Notes: a model not told the origin generated them from the letters alone. Positions 1-10,164 are shown, counted from the first letter of the stretch. The stretch is DNA of 64,000 nucleotides from a bacterium (GCA_965213625.1 CBDBZU010000004.1:3648001-3712000), one strand, 5' to 3'. A program made the numbers and translations.

Positions 1-777
1 CGGAAGCTCGGCGCTGCCCCGGAACACCGTGCCGAAGGTGTAAAAACCCTTGTTCACCCCGCCGAGGATGTCGTCCTTATGCACACGCACGTTGTCGTAA
101 TAGCTCTCGGCATTGGGATACAGCCTGTAGCCAAGCTTGTCATGCACGTTGCCGTAAGAGACCCCCTCCTGATCACCATGTACGAGAAAGCAGCTGGTTC
201 CCTGATGAAGCGGAACAGTGGGGTCCGTTCTCGCAAAGACCAGCAATATCTGCGCCCAACTCGTGAGAGAAGTGAACCGTTTCGCACCGTTGAGGATGTA
301 GTAGTCGCCATCCTCGACCGCCGAGGTCTTGAGACCCAGCGCGGGGTCGGACTGTCGGTAGATGTTGTCCGAGCCATAATCGGGTTCGGTGATGACGAAC
401 GAGCCCACGCAGTCGTGATCTTCCACGAACATCTTGCCCCACTTTTCGATCTGCGCCTCCGTGCCGCACTTGAAGATCGCGTTCGATATCTTCCAGCACT
501 GGCTCAGGCACTTGATGACGCCGATCTCGATTTGCGCGCCCGTCCAGAGACAAAGGGCCTTGGTCGTCGTGTCGGCCCCGATGCCGCCATGTTCTTCCGG
601 CACCGCCATGGTTCGCAGGCCGAGTTGCGACGCCTTGTTCAAAAGCTCGCCCGGATAACAATCCTTCGGGTCGGGCCGCCTGTCCATCTCCGCGGCGACG
701 GGCGCGACCTCGCGCTCCATGAAATCGCGGGTCAGATCGGCCAGGGCCAGTTGTTCTTCGGTGAATGGATATTGCAT
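1..777 (-). CDS. Acyl-CoA dehydrogenase, 5' part (runs off the window start)
   Basis: Not in the ORF track. Manual translation from ATG at 777 (RBS GGAGGAG) gives MQYPFTEEQLALADLTRDFMEREVAPVAAEMD...VPEEHGGIG...DDILGGVNKGF, typical of ACAD N-terminal and middle domains. Confidence 0.85.
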   Translation of the reverse strand, partial: MQYPFTEEQLALADLTRDFMEREVAPVAAEMDRRPDPKDCYPGELLNKASQLGLRTMAVPEEHGGIGADTTTKALCLWTGAQIEIGVIKCLSQCWKISNAIFKCGTEAQIEKWGKMFVEDHDCVGSFVITEPDYGSDNIYRQSDPALGLKTSAVEDGDYYILNGAKRFTSLTSWAQILLVFARTDPTVPLHQGTSCFLVHGDQEGVSYGNVHDKLGYRLYPNAESYYDNVRVHKDDILGGVNKGFYTFGTVFRGSAELP

Positions 778-886
778 AACTCCTCCAAATCATCAAGAAG
801 AATTCTCATCGAAAGTGAGTGTATATTCCTTGGTTATCCTCTCGTGCTCGTAGTGTCAACTTCTAATCCGGATGGCTCTCAGATCT

Positions 887-2545
887 TCAGGCGCTCGCAT
901 GGCGCGATGCCGCCTCACGCAATTCATCGGATATGGGTAATTTAACGTGAGCCGGCGTTCCATCAGACCCCAGTGATATATGAATGTTAGCCAGCCAGGT
1001 CTCATCGTCACGCTCGGGATAATCAGACCGCGTGTGCGCACCCCGGCTCTCTGCCCGCAAGGACATCGAGCCCAGCATCGCCTCGGCCGTCAGGCACATG
1101 AGCCTCGCCTGGGCATGGCGCGAGACGAGCGAAGAAGGGGGAGAGGACACTGCAATCTTCTCTTTTTGAGCGGTGATTCTCACCAGTCCATCCGCCAGCG
1201 CTTCCGAAGTCCGCTCGATGCCTCCAGCCGAAAACATGGCGTCGCGTAAGTTTTCTTCGATTTCATCGAGTTGATCTTCACTCGATTCATCAGCGCCTCG
1301 CAGGTCTCCCTCTTTCTTCTCGGGTGGTCCGCCCTCTCCTTCCACATGAGCAGCGGTCCGGCCCGCCCGGTCACCCATGACGGCGCACACGGTGAGGCCC
1401 CCGCTCGCGAGACGATTCGCCCCGTGCAGGCCGCCACCGTTCTCACCGGCGGCGAAGAGGCCGTCCACGTCCGTCCGCCCGTTCGTGTCGATGATAACGC
1501 CGCCCATGCACGAATGCGCCGCGGGAGCGATTTCTATCGGCTCTTTTCGCACGTCGAGACCCGCCGCCTCGAAATCGTCGATGATCTCACCCATCACGTC
1601 TCTCAGCCCTTCGTAGGACACCTTCGTCAAATCGAGATAAAGGCCGCCGTTTTCGGTTCCCCGCCCCTCGACGATTTCGCGGTGCATCGCGCGGGAGAGC
1701 ACGTCGCGCTTGGCGTGCTCCATATCATCAGGCGCATAGCGGGCCATGAATCGCTCGTTCAGGCTGTTTCTCAACCGCGTTTCGGGGAAAGAAAGCGCCA
1801 TTCCGCCTGAGTTTCTGCCCCTGAGTTGCGGTGGATGGGCCATTGCCGTCGGCGTGAACTGCACGAATTCCATGTCCCGCAACCGCGCCCCCGCGTCGAG
1901 AGCCGCCCCATAGCCGACTCCCGCGACGCCCGGCGCATTCGTCGTGATGGGGTACATCCCCCCCAATCCGCCCATCGCGAGTATCGTGGCGCGTGCATGC
2001 ACCCGTACCAAAATTCCGCTTCTCTCTTCTTGAAATTCAGCCCCTACGACTCTTCCGCCCCCGTCACGCAGCACTCCGATGAAGGACAGCCCCTCCAGAA
2101 TGCGCGCTCCGCTCTGCGCGAGCCGCGCACCCAGAATCGTCATCATCCTGGGCCCGCCTCCCGGCACGCGCGCTCCCCGGGGATAGGTGTGGCCGGGGAG
2201 TTTCGTGGGCGTCATCCGCCCGTTTTTCCCCAGGAAAGGAACCACGTGAGCGCGCAAGCGTTCTATCGCGCCGCCCGATTCGGCTGCGACCGTGCGCACC
2301 AGGGCAGGGTCGGACATGAACCATCCGCTGCGGTAATTATCCGCCACCATGGTTTCCACAGAATCATCCGGCAGGGAGAAACCGTCCAGTATCGTTGCGA
2401 AAACGCCGCCCGCGCGCGCGGAGTTGCCTGTCAGGCCGGCCTCGCCCTTCATGGCGATGCAGACGTCCGCCCCCTCTTCGCGAGCGGCCAGAGCGGCCAG
2501 CGTGCCGGCCAGCCCGCCGCCTACGACCAATACGTCCGTGCGCAT
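887..2545 (-). CDS. FAD-binding protein of the L-aspartate oxidase / fumarate reductase flavoprotein family
   Basis: DVLVVGGGLAG, DMEFVQFTPT, AH-x-x-MGG, GLFAAGE, LHGANRL and ESRGAH motifs. GNSARAGG lacks the covalent-FAD His of SdhA. Start could be 2545 or 2554. Confidence 0.85.
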   Translation of the reverse strand: MRTDVLVVGGGLAGTLAALAAREEGADVCIAMKGEAGLTGNSARAGGVFATILDGFSLPDDSVETMVADNYRSGWFMSDPALVRTVAAESGGAIERLRAHVVPFLGKNGRMTPTKLPGHTYPRGARVPGGGPRMMTILGARLAQSGARILEGLSFIGVLRDGGGRVVGAEFQEERSGILVRVHARATILAMGGLGGMYPITTNAPGVAGVGYGAALDAGARLRDMEFVQFTPTAMAHPPQLRGRNSGGMALSFPETRLRNSLNERFMARYAPDDMEHAKRDVLSRAMHREIVEGRGTENGGLYLDLTKVSYEGLRDVMGEIIDDFEAAGLDVRKEPIEIAPAAHSCMGGVIIDTNGRTDVDGLFAAGENGGGLHGANRLASGGLTVCAVMGDRAGRTAAHVEGEGGPPEKKEGDLRGADESSEDQLDEIEENLRDAMFSAGGIERTSEALADGLVRITAQKEKIAVSSPPSSLVSRHAQARLMCLTAEAMLGSMSLRAESRGAHTRSDYPERDDETWLANIHISLGSDGTPAHVKLPISDELREAASRHASA

Positions 2546-2568
2546 CTCTTCCACGATTCCTCCGAATA

Positions 2569-3258
2569 TCAAGCAGCGGGATAAGGGAGCGGGTCGCGCT
2601 CCCCGATTTCCTCGAACCCCTTACGCCTCAGGATGCAGGCGTCGCACGAACCGCAGGGCCGTTTCTCATCCAGCGGATCGTAACAGGTGTGGGTGAGAGA
2701 AAAATCCACCCCCAAATCCAGACCCTTGCGCGCGATGTCGGACTTTCGCATCGCACTCAAAGGCGTATGAATTTCGAGAAGCGCACCTTCTACGCCGGAT
2801 TTCGTAGCCAACCGCGCCATTTGCGTATAAGCGTCAATGTATTCTGGGCGGCAATCGGGATATCCCGAATAATCGAGCGCGTTCACACCGATGTAGATAT
2901 CGCTCGCACCCTTGACCTCGGCCAGGGCGAGCGCATAGCTCAAAAAAATGGTGTTCCGCGCAGGCACATAAGTTACCGGTATCCCCTCTCCGATGTCGGC
3001 ACGCTCCTTGGGAACTTCGATGTCGCCGGTGAGTGCACTACCGCCGATGGGACGCATATCGATCGACAAAACCGTATGGCCGCCTGCGCCGATTTGTTCC
3101 GCCACTTTTCGGGCGGCCATCAACTCGCAGCGGTGTCTTTGCCCATAGTCGAAACTGAGCGCCTCGCAGGCGAATCCCTCCCGTTTCGCGATGGCCAGAA
3201 CGACGGCCGAATCCATGCCGCCGCTCAAGAGGACGACCGCCACTCTTTTCTCGTCCAT
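2569..3258 (-). CDS. queC: 7-cyano-7-deazaguanine synthase
   Basis: [28 protein letters not shown] and CGSCDAC motifs; start MDEKR at 3258. Confidence 0.95.
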   Translation of the reverse strand: MDEKRVAVVLLSGGMDSAVVLAIAKREGFACEALSFDYGQRHRCELMAARKVAEQIGAGGHTVLSIDMRPIGGSALTGDIEVPKERADIGEGIPVTYVPARNTIFLSYALALAEVKGASDIYIGVNALDYSGYPDCRPEYIDAYTQMARLATKSGVEGALLEIHTPLSAMRKSDIARKGLDLGVDFSLTHTCYDPLDEKRPCGSCDACILRRKGFEEIGERDPLPYPAA

Positions 3259-3378
3259 GCGCAATTTCCTGTCTATGACCGCTCGGATGAGCTGTTCTGC
3301 GAAAAACCGCATAATAGGGTATTCTAGCGGTTCGGCAAAGGCGAAATGTGTGTTTTTCTCAACCCAAAGGAGCGGACG

Positions 3379-4179
3379 ATGCCCGTGGCGACTGTGAACG
3401 GCGTGAACCTCACATACACCGTGAAAGGAGACGGCGCGCCCCTGGTCGCGATGCACGGATTCGCCAACTCCATATACACCTGGGAGCCGGTGATGGATGC
3501 GCTTTCCCGTCGCTTTCAGGCCTTCACCTACGATCACAGAGGCCACGGGGGGTCGAGCAAGCGACAGGGCCCATTTGGTATCGAAACCCTCACCGATGAC
3601 CTGCTCGCCCTTCTCAACTTCTGGGGGCTCGACAGGGTCCACCTCATGGGACACAGCATGGGCGGGCGGGTGGCCCTGTGGTGCGCACTCGAACACCCCG
3701 AGAGGGTCAACAGCCTGATGCTCGTCGGCGCATCCGCCGCAGCGCCCGAAGGAGAAATGAGGGGACGATTCGAGTTATTGCGAAAGATTGCGCTCGATGA
3801 GGGGATAGAAACAGCCCTTGCGAGCGAGGGGATGCAGGCGACGCTGCCCCGGGACTATATCGATGGAGCAAGCGCGGAAGAATTCAGAAAACGCTTCCTC
3901 AAGAACACCCCTGAGGATTACGCCGCGGCGGTGGACGCCATCCTCGACACGCCGGACATGAGGGAGCGGCTGGGTGAAATCAACGTCCCCACCTGGGTCT
4001 GCGCGGGCGAGGGGGACGCCGGGCCGATGGCATATGGGGAGATGTTCGAAGAGCAAATACCGGGTTGTGTGAGAACGATTATCCCCGCCTGCGGGCATTT
4101 CCCGATGCAGGATGCGCCCGAGGCTTTCTGCGCCGCGTTCGATGACTTCGTCGAGACGGCGATTGATACGGATTCATAA
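3379..4179 (+). CDS. Alpha/beta hydrolase (enol-lactone hydrolase-like)
   Basis: HGF oxyanion motif, DHRGHG, GHSMGG nucleophile elbow, C-terminal CGH; RBS AGGAG. Confidence 0.85.
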   Translation: MPVATVNGVNLTYTVKGDGAPLVAMHGFANSIYTWEPVMDALSRRFQAFTYDHRGHGGSSKRQGPFGIETLTDDLLALLNFWGLDRVHLMGHSMGGRVALWCALEHPERVNSLMLVGASAAAPEGEMRGRFELLRKIALDEGIETALASEGMQATLPRDYIDGASAEEFRKRFLKNTPEDYAAAVDAILDTPDMRERLGEINVPTWVCAGEGDAGPMAYGEMFEEQIPGCVRTIIPACGHFPMQDAPEAFCAAFDDFVETAIDTDS

Positions 4180-4196
4180 CTCATAAGGAGAACCCC

Positions 4197-4598
4197 ATGA
4201 CACACGACGAGGCGCTGGCCTTCCTGAACAAGCAGCAATACGGCGTCCTGAGCACCCTTCTCGAGGACGGCAGATCGCACCCCACGCCCATCGTGTTCGA
4301 TTATGCAGACGGCGTCGCGGAGATATCCATGACGTGGGACCGCGTGAAGGCCAAAAACCTGAGGCGCGACCCCAGGGCCACGCTTTGCGTGATGCCGCAG
4401 GACAACTTCTACCCCTACCTCTGCGCGGAAGGAGAGGCCGAACTCGTTGAAGACCCGGACGGCACGAAAAACCTCGACCTCTACCGCCGCATCACCGGAA
4501 AAGACCCCGACGACCTCGACGAATACCTGCAAGCGATGAAGAAAGAGAAGCGACTCGTGGCGAGGCTGAGCGTCAAGCGGATGTATCCGGTTAACTGA
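4197..4598 (+). CDS. PPOX-class (pyridoxamine 5'-phosphate oxidase-like) flavin/F420-dependent oxidoreductase
   Basis: LSTLLEDGRSHPTP and KAKNLRRDPRATL motifs. Confidence 0.8.
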   Translation: MTHDEALAFLNKQQYGVLSTLLEDGRSHPTPIVFDYADGVAEISMTWDRVKAKNLRRDPRATLCVMPQDNFYPYLCAEGEAELVEDPDGTKNLDLYRRITGKDPDDLDEYLQAMKKEKRLVARLSVKRMYPVN

Positions 4599-4657
4599 GT
4601 TGTCAGTTGTTCATGCTATAATTCGGAGAGAGACCCATCAAACAAGGAGGATGCCTC

Positions 4658-4972
4658 ATGGCCGTTACCGCAGTTGTCCGCTTCCCGTTTCCAGAAGTGA
4701 AAACCGAGGAGGAGCTGATCGCGTCTTTCGAGAGTTCCTCGGCTCTCTACCACGGTGTGCCCGGCCTCTTGCGCAAATACTATCTGATGTCCGAAGACCG
4801 GATGTCAGGGGGCGGGGTCTATATTTTCGAGTCACGCGCCGACGCCGAGCGTGTCCACGACGAGGTGTGGCGCAACAGGCTGATCGAACGCATGGGCGTC
4901 GAGCCCGACGTCCAGTACTTCGACTCGCCCGTCATCGTCGACAACGAAGCCAGGGCCGCCACCACCGCATAA
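4658..4972 (+). CDS. YdhR-like putative monooxygenase, copy 1
   Basis: VPGLLRKYYL...GGGVYIFES...PVIVDN; RBS AGGAGG. Confidence 0.8.
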   Translation: MAVTAVVRFPFPEVKTEEELIASFESSSALYHGVPGLLRKYYLMSEDRMSGGGVYIFESRADAERVHDEVWRNRLIERMGVEPDVQYFDSPVIVDNEARAATTA

Positions 4973-4983
4973 GGAGGACGTTC

Positions 4984-5301
4984 ATGGCCGTCACCGCAAT
5001 CGTTCGCTTCACGCTTCCCGAGGGAAAGACCCAAGAGGAGATGGCCGCGGCCTTCGAACACTCGGCCCCTCTCTACCGCGACGTACCGGGGCTGGTGCGA
5101 AAATACTACCTGGTGTCGGACGACGTTCGCACCGGAGGCGGGGTCTACCTGTTCGAGTCGCGCGAGGATGCCGAGCGGCTCTACGACGACGCCTGGCGCG
5201 CCGGGATACGCGAGCGCCTGGGAGTCGAACCCACGATCGAATTCTTCACCTCGCCGGTAATCGTGGACAACGAAGTCGGAGCGATATCGACCGCTTCTTG
5301 A
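4984..5301 (+). CDS. YdhR-like putative monooxygenase, copy 2
   Basis: VPGLVRKYYL...GGGVYLFES...PVIVDN; RBS AGGAGG; true start inside ORF 4600..5301. Confidence 0.8.
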   Translation: MAVTAIVRFTLPEGKTQEEMAAAFEHSAPLYRDVPGLVRKYYLVSDDVRTGGGVYLFESREDAERLYDDAWRAGIRERLGVEPTIEFFTSPVIVDNEVGAISTAS

Positions 5302-5401
5302 CCCCTAGGCGATTCGCGCTCTTTTCCTAGCTCGCCCAGGGGAGGAGATACGTTCGTTCACATTCCAATGATGGAATGTCCAATTAAAGCCGGGAGGTCG
5401 T

Positions 5402-5980
5402 ATGTTCCGGGCGAATGCGCTGATGCTCTACCTCGTCTTCCTGGTGTTCGCCGTGGGCGGGAAAATTGGTCTTCACTACCTGGCCACCGGAGAATTCGGC
5501 ATTCGCACGGTGAAACGGGATGCTCCCCAAAAAGCCAAATTCGCAAGCATCCTCCTGATGACATCATTCATCGGGACGTTCGTTGTTTCTCTCCTCGATG
5601 CCGCCGAAACGATTCAGCCACAAGTCGAACTTGGCGGGTCCATAAACACGACCGGCGCAGCAATATCTCTGGCCGGAATCGCCATCATGGTAATCGCCCA
5701 ATATCAGATGGGAAGCGCATGGAGGTTCGGCGTCGATCAATACGAGAAAACCGATTTGGTGACGGGGGGCTTCTACTCTCTCGTCAGGAACCCTATCTAC
5801 AGCGGTGTGTTCCTGTTCTTAATCGGCCTTCTGGTGTTGCTGCCCCACATATCGATGCTGTTATTCATCGCCATGGCTTGTTTAAGCATCGAGATGCAGG
5901 TGCGCTTCGTCGAAGAGCCGCATCTTCGTGACCTACACGGCGCCGCTTATAAAGATTACACCGAGCAGACGGGCCGCTAA
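5402..5980 (+). CDS. Isoprenylcysteine carboxyl methyltransferase-family membrane protein (possibly clipped at the C-terminus)
   Basis: LVTGGFYSLVRNPIY and EEPHL...YKDY motifs; hydrophobic segments. Confidence 0.8.
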   Translation: MFRANALMLYLVFLVFAVGGKIGLHYLATGEFGIRTVKRDAPQKAKFASILLMTSFIGTFVVSLLDAAETIQPQVELGGSINTTGAAISLAGIAIMVIAQYQMGSAWRFGVDQYEKTDLVTGGFYSLVRNPIYSGVFLFLIGLLVLLPHISMLLFIAMACLSIEMQVRFVEEPHLRDLHGAAYKDYTEQTGR

Positions 5981-6024
5981 TTCCCAAGGCTTCTACGCAA
6001 ATTCAGTCGATAGGGGAAAATAAC

Positions 6025-6840
6025 TCAACCCACGAGGGCCTCGAGTCGCGCGCAGATATCAGGAGGAAGCGCGCCGCCGCCCGATGCCGCCGCGTTCTCG
6101 CTCATGCGGCCCGCCCTGCCGGTGGCGGGGATGACGCTGGAGACCCTCTCGTCCGCGAGTAGGTATTTCAGGAGCGCCTGCCCCGGCGTTCCTGAATGAT
6201 GGGCTTTCAGTTCCGGCATGCGGGCGATACTGCCTCCGGGACCAAGCAGGCCGCTCTTCAAGTGACTGAAAGGCCGCATGACGATAACGCCCAGGTTCAT
6301 CCGCTGCGCCAGGGGCAGAACCTCCTCGCGGCACTGCACCTCGCCCAGATAGTAGGGTATCTGGATCGCGTCGTAGGCGTCCGTCTTCATGGCTTCGATG
6401 AGTTCGGGGAAATTCTCGGGCCTCCTGTCGGTGATTCCCAGATGACGTATTCTGCCCTCTTCCTGATACGCCTTCATTACGGGCGTCACCTCGCGCCAGC
6501 CCGCCATGTTGTGAATCTGTAAGAGGTCGATGACGTCCGTGCGAAGGTGTCTGAAGGAGCGCTCGATGCTCGCGCGGGCCGCCGATGCGCTCGACTCCCA
6601 CACCTTGGTCGCCAGGACGATCTTCTCCCTGGCGCCTTCCAGCGCCTCACCCAGCACCCGCTCGGAATCCCCGTATATCGGCGCGGTGTCGAAAAAATTG
6701 ACCCCGCAATCCAGGCATTCCCGGACGATTTCGACGCACCGGGCGGGTTCGCTGCTCGCCATGTGCATGAAATTGTGCGAAGTGCCCAGGCCGATTTCGC
6801 TTACCTGCAATTCGGTCCGGCCGAGACGGCGATGGTTCAT
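6025..6840 (-). CDS. Aldo/keto reductase
   Basis: LGRTELQVSEIGLG, FFDTAPIYG, LATK, IDLLQIH. Confidence 0.9.
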   Translation of the reverse strand: MNHRRLGRTELQVSEIGLGTSHNFMHMASSEPARCVEIVRECLDCGVNFFDTAPIYGDSERVLGEALEGAREKIVLATKVWESSASAARASIERSFRHLRTDVIDLLQIHNMAGWREVTPVMKAYQEEGRIRHLGITDRRPENFPELIEAMKTDAYDAIQIPYYLGEVQCREEVLPLAQRMNLGVIVMRPFSHLKSGLLGPGGSIARMPELKAHHSGTPGQALLKYLLADERVSSVIPATGRAGRMSENAAASGGGALPPDICARLEALVG

Positions 6841-6877
6841 GTGCTCACTCCAGTTGAAGGTCTATGTCTTTCGCGCT

Positions 6878-7561
6878 TTAACCCGCCGCTCTCGCCAGAA
6901 TCTCGCGGTAGCCCTCATACACCGCCTCCCCGTAGGCGGGCGGGGCGTGGACTTCGGTGAGCTTGCCGTCCTCAATCGTCTTATCCGAAGCGTAGGGATT
7001 GAAGACGGCCTCCCCGTTCGGGAAGATGAGGGTGGGGCTGGTCATCGACATGCCCTCTTCGTCCCTCAAGCGCATGGCTTCCCTGTAGTCATCCATCACG
7101 CCCTCCTCGTATGCGCCGGATTCCAAATCCGCGCGCACTTTGGCGCCATCGAGGCCCGCTTCTTCCGCCATATCGCACAAAACCGCGTCCTCATCCACGC
7201 GTTTTCCCTCGTAGAAAAAACCGCGCCTGATCGCAAGATCGTAGACGCGCGCCTTTTCGGGGTCCAGCGCGTAGGCGCTCGCATAGGCCTGGAAGGCGCG
7301 GATGGTTGTCCTCAGGTATTCCTCGTGCGGCCAGCTTCTGCACGGCGAGAGCGGTTCCTGAACGGCTATCAGGGGCCATTCCTGGTCCACGATGTAGCGC
7401 GGCGCCGGGCGGTCGTTGATGACCTCCAGCGGAAACGCGCGCCATTTAAGCTGCAGCTTGTCCTCGAACTCAGGCATCACCTTGTCCAACCGCGCCGCGG
7501 CCATGTACGCCCAGGGTCAGTGGTATTCGTGAAAAATCTCGACAACCGCCGTTTCCGCCAT
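6878..7561 (-). CDS. DsbA/FrnE-like thioredoxin-fold protein, probable selenoprotein (in-frame TGA at 7519-7517)
   Basis: RBS GAGGAG and ATG at 7561 give MAETAVVEIFHEYH-(TGA)-PWAYMAAARL, in frame with ORF 6878..7504. The TGA occupies the Cys of the CPW motif; WRAFPL and TSPT (cis-Pro) follow. Confidence 0.8.
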
Positions 7562-7731
7562 CTCATCTCCTCACTCGAAAAAAGTCTTATGATGAAATCA
7601 GGACAGAGAGCGTCCCCTACCCGATGATTTACACCCCGGATTCATCAAGGGCAAGTTGTTTCCTATGCTCCATGCCTCATGTACTCGATAAAAGCTGTGG
7701 TATCATGCCGAAAATTTTGGAGACCGCAGGA

Positions 7732-8148
7732 ATGAACCCTGAGGATCAGACACTCGCCTCCATACTCGCAGGCGCCGAGACCATCGCCGTGGTCGGTCTT
7801 TCGGACAATCCCTCGCGCACGAGCCACCGAATCGCCTCATATATGCAGGAGGCGGGCTACCAGGTCATTCCCATAAATCCCGGAATAAAATCCGCCCTCG
7901 GCGAGATGGCCTATCCCAGCCTGGGTGAAGTTACCGAGCGTATCGACATCGTGAACGCCTTCAGGCGATCCGAGGAAATACCCGCCCTGGTGGATGACGC
8001 CATCGAAAAACGCCCGCGAGCGTTCTGGATGCAAAAGGGCATCACCCACCCCGGCTCCGCGCGCCGCCTGGAGGATGCAGGCATCACCACGATTCAGAAC
8101 CTCTGCATCAAGACCGCTCACCGGAAACTCGCGCAAACCCCTCGATGA
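7732..8148 (+). CDS. CoA-binding protein (YccU-like)
   Basis: IAVVGLSDNPSRTS, VIPINP, FWMQKGI. Confidence 0.9.
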   Translation: MNPEDQTLASILAGAETIAVVGLSDNPSRTSHRIASYMQEAGYQVIPINPGIKSALGEMAYPSLGEVTERIDIVNAFRRSEEIPALVDDAIEKRPRAFWMQKGITHPGSARRLEDAGITTIQNLCIKTAHRKLAQTPR

Positions 8149-8158
8149 GAATGGGCCG

Positions 8159-8992
8159 CTGCGAATCTCGCAAAAACTCCATCGCTACCTGCTCCTCGGC
8201 GCAGGCGCTTTGTTGGTCGTGGGAATGTTTGGGTTTTTAGAGAATTTCCTGCTTTATCATCCCTACCGGGAAATCGAGGTCACGCCCAAAGCCTATCGAA
8301 TAGCGTATGAGGACGTCTCCTTCAGTGCAGAGGACGGCGTGCGCCTTCACGGCTGGTACGTTGCTCCCAAAGACCCTGACGGTCCGGTACTCCTGTGGAC
8401 GCACGGCAACGCGGGCAACCTCTCACACCGTGCGGAGAACATCGCGCTCATCCAGAAAGAACTGGGGGCGGGCGTGTTCATCTTCGACTACCGGGGATAC
8501 GGCAAGAGTGAGGGTCGACCTAGCGAGGAAGGTCTCTATGCCGACGGCAGGGCCGCGTACGCCTGGCTCGCCGAGCGCGTGCCGCACGAGCGTATTTTTC
8601 TCTTCGGACGCTCCCTGGGCGCCGCCGTAGTAGTGAAACTCGCCGCGGAAGGAAAGAAAGCGCGCGGCCTCATCCTGGAGAGTCCCTTCGAGAGCACTCT
8701 CGCCATGGGCAAGAAGATGTTCCCTTTCCTGCCTGTGGGATGGCTCATCTCCCCGAAATTCGACAGCGCGGCCATGATACCCAAAGTGAAGATGCCCCTG
8801 TTCGTTCTGCATGGGGATAAGGACGGAATCGTCCCCTACGCGCAGGGGCTACGGCTCTTCGAGACTGCCGGCTCTCCGCACAAGCGATTTTTCACCATCA
8901 AGGGTGCGGGCCACAACGACACGTATTACGCGGGGGGTGCGCCCTACTGGGAGGCGTGGCGGGATTTTTTGGAAAAACCCGAGTCAGGGTGA
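8159..8992 (+). CDS. Alpha/beta hydrolase (ABHD13/BEM46-like); start uncertain
   Basis: HGNAGN, DYRGYGKSEGRPSE, GRSLG, HGDKD, GAGHND; N-terminal hydrophobic anchor. Confidence 0.8.
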   Translation: MRISQKLHRYLLLGAGALLVVGMFGFLENFLLYHPYREIEVTPKAYRIAYEDVSFSAEDGVRLHGWYVAPKDPDGPVLLWTHGNAGNLSHRAENIALIQKELGAGVFIFDYRGYGKSEGRPSEEGLYADGRAAYAWLAERVPHERIFLFGRSLGAAVVVKLAAEGKKARGLILESPFESTLAMGKKMFPFLPVGWLISPKFDSAAMIPKVKMPLFVLHGDKDGIVPYAQGLRLFETAGSPHKRFFTIKGAGHNDTYYAGGAPYWEAWRDFLEKPESG

Positions 8993-9790
8993 ATCGGGAG
9001 TCGGGTTCGTCTTCCTGGCCCTGCGCCTCGCCCGGAACTCCTGCAGCAGCCTTTCGTGATGTACGCTCGTGAAGAAACTCTTAACGAACGAATCCGCCGG
9101 ATGGTTGATGAGGTTCTCCGGCGTATCGACCTGGACGATAACGCCGTCGCGCATCACGGCGATTCTGTCGGCAATCTGAAACGCATCCGTCAAATCGTGC
9201 GTCACCAGCAGGCTGATCGCCCCGATCTCGTCGTGCACTCTCCTCAATTCTTTTCGGACCTCCAGCCTGGCGACCGGATCGATGTTCGCCAGTGGCTCAT
9301 CGAGAAGAAAAACCTGCGGGGGGATGGCGATGGCGCGGCCGATGGCAACTTTCTGCTGCTGGCCCGCGCTCAAGCTGTCCGGACTGCGGCGGGACCATTT
9401 TGGGTTGATCCCCAAACGCCGCATCACGTCCTGGGCGCGCTCGTTCAGGATGCCCGGCAGCCAGCGGCGGATTTTAAGCGCGAAGCTTAGGTTCGAGTAT
9501 TTTTTCTCATCGAAAACCTTCATGTGCGGCCAAAGGGCATAACTCTGGAAAACGAGCTGCACCCCGCGCCTACCGGGCGGGATGCCGTTCAGCCGCACGC
9601 CGTCCAAATAGATGTGACCCGCATCCTCATCTTCCACGCCGGCGATCAGGCGCAAGAGCGTCGATTTGCCGCAACCCGTGGGACCGACGAGCACCATGAA
9701 TTCCCTGTCATCCAGCGCAAGGGACAGGTTGTCGACCGCGCACACGTCGTCGAAATCTTTCTTGAGTCCCGTAATCGTCAGACGGCTCAT
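8984..9790 (-). CDS. ABC transporter ATP-binding protein (MalK-like)
   Basis: Walker A GPTGCGKST, LSAGQ signature, LLDEP, VTHD. Confidence 0.9.
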   Translation of the reverse strand: MSRLTITGLKKDFDDVCAVDNLSLALDDREFMVLVGPTGCGKSTLLRLIAGVEDEDAGHIYLDGVRLNGIPPGRRGVQLVFQSYALWPHMKVFDEKKYSNLSFALKIRRWLPGILNERAQDVMRRLGINPKWSRRSPDSLSAGQQQKVAIGRAIAIPPQVFLLDEPLANIDPVARLEVRKELRRVHDEIGAISLLVTHDLTDAFQIADRIAVMRDGVIVQVDTPENLINHPADSFVKSFFTSVHHERLLQEFRARRRARKTNPTPDSP

Positions 9791-9807
9791 GCCTCTCTCC
9801 GGCCCAT

Positions 9808-10164
9808 TCAATTTTCAAGCGCGAGTTTGTTCAGCGCCTCCATGCCCGGCGTGAAGATTTCCTCCAGCACGAGCGGCCCATCGCCCGCGTTTCGCGTGGA
9901 GTGCTCCTGGTTCGGCGGAAAAATCACGACGCCGCCGGGACCGAGCTCCACTTCCTTCCCGCCGCACGCGAACCTCGCCCGTCCTTCGAGCACGATCGTC
10001 ATCTGCTCGTTCGGGTGCGAATGGGGGTTGTACATGTCCACACCTGCGCGAATCGTCTGGCGAAGTACTGTCAGGCTCTCGCCCGCCACTACGCGTTGAA
10101 TCCTCTCGCCGGTATCGTGCGCTGCCATCTCCTCGAAATGATAGTGTTTCACGCTTTTCTCCAC
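9808..10164 (-). CDS. Cupin-domain protein
   Basis: HSHPNEQ...PPNQEH...EIFTP cupin motifs. Confidence 0.85.
   Translation of the reverse strand: MEKSVKHYHFEEMAAHDTGERIQRVVAGESLTVLRQTIRAGVDMYNPHSHPNEQMTIVLEGRARFACGGKEVELGPGGVVIFPPNQEHSTRNAGDGPLVLEEIFTPGMEALNKLALEN

Noticed and set aside
887-2545. A second sdhA
   Set aside because: It lacks the covalent-FAD His and has no adjacent Fe-S or membrane subunits.
2569-3258. queC as part of a 7-deazaguanine DNA-modification (dpd) defence cluster
   Set aside because: No queD, queE, folE or dpdA-like neighbours; it looks like housekeeping queuosine synthesis. Its distance to tRNA-Asn carries no evidence.
8984-9790. Orphan MalK-like ATPase as a novel system
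   Set aside because: Stand-alone ABC ATPases serving permeases encoded elsewhere are common.
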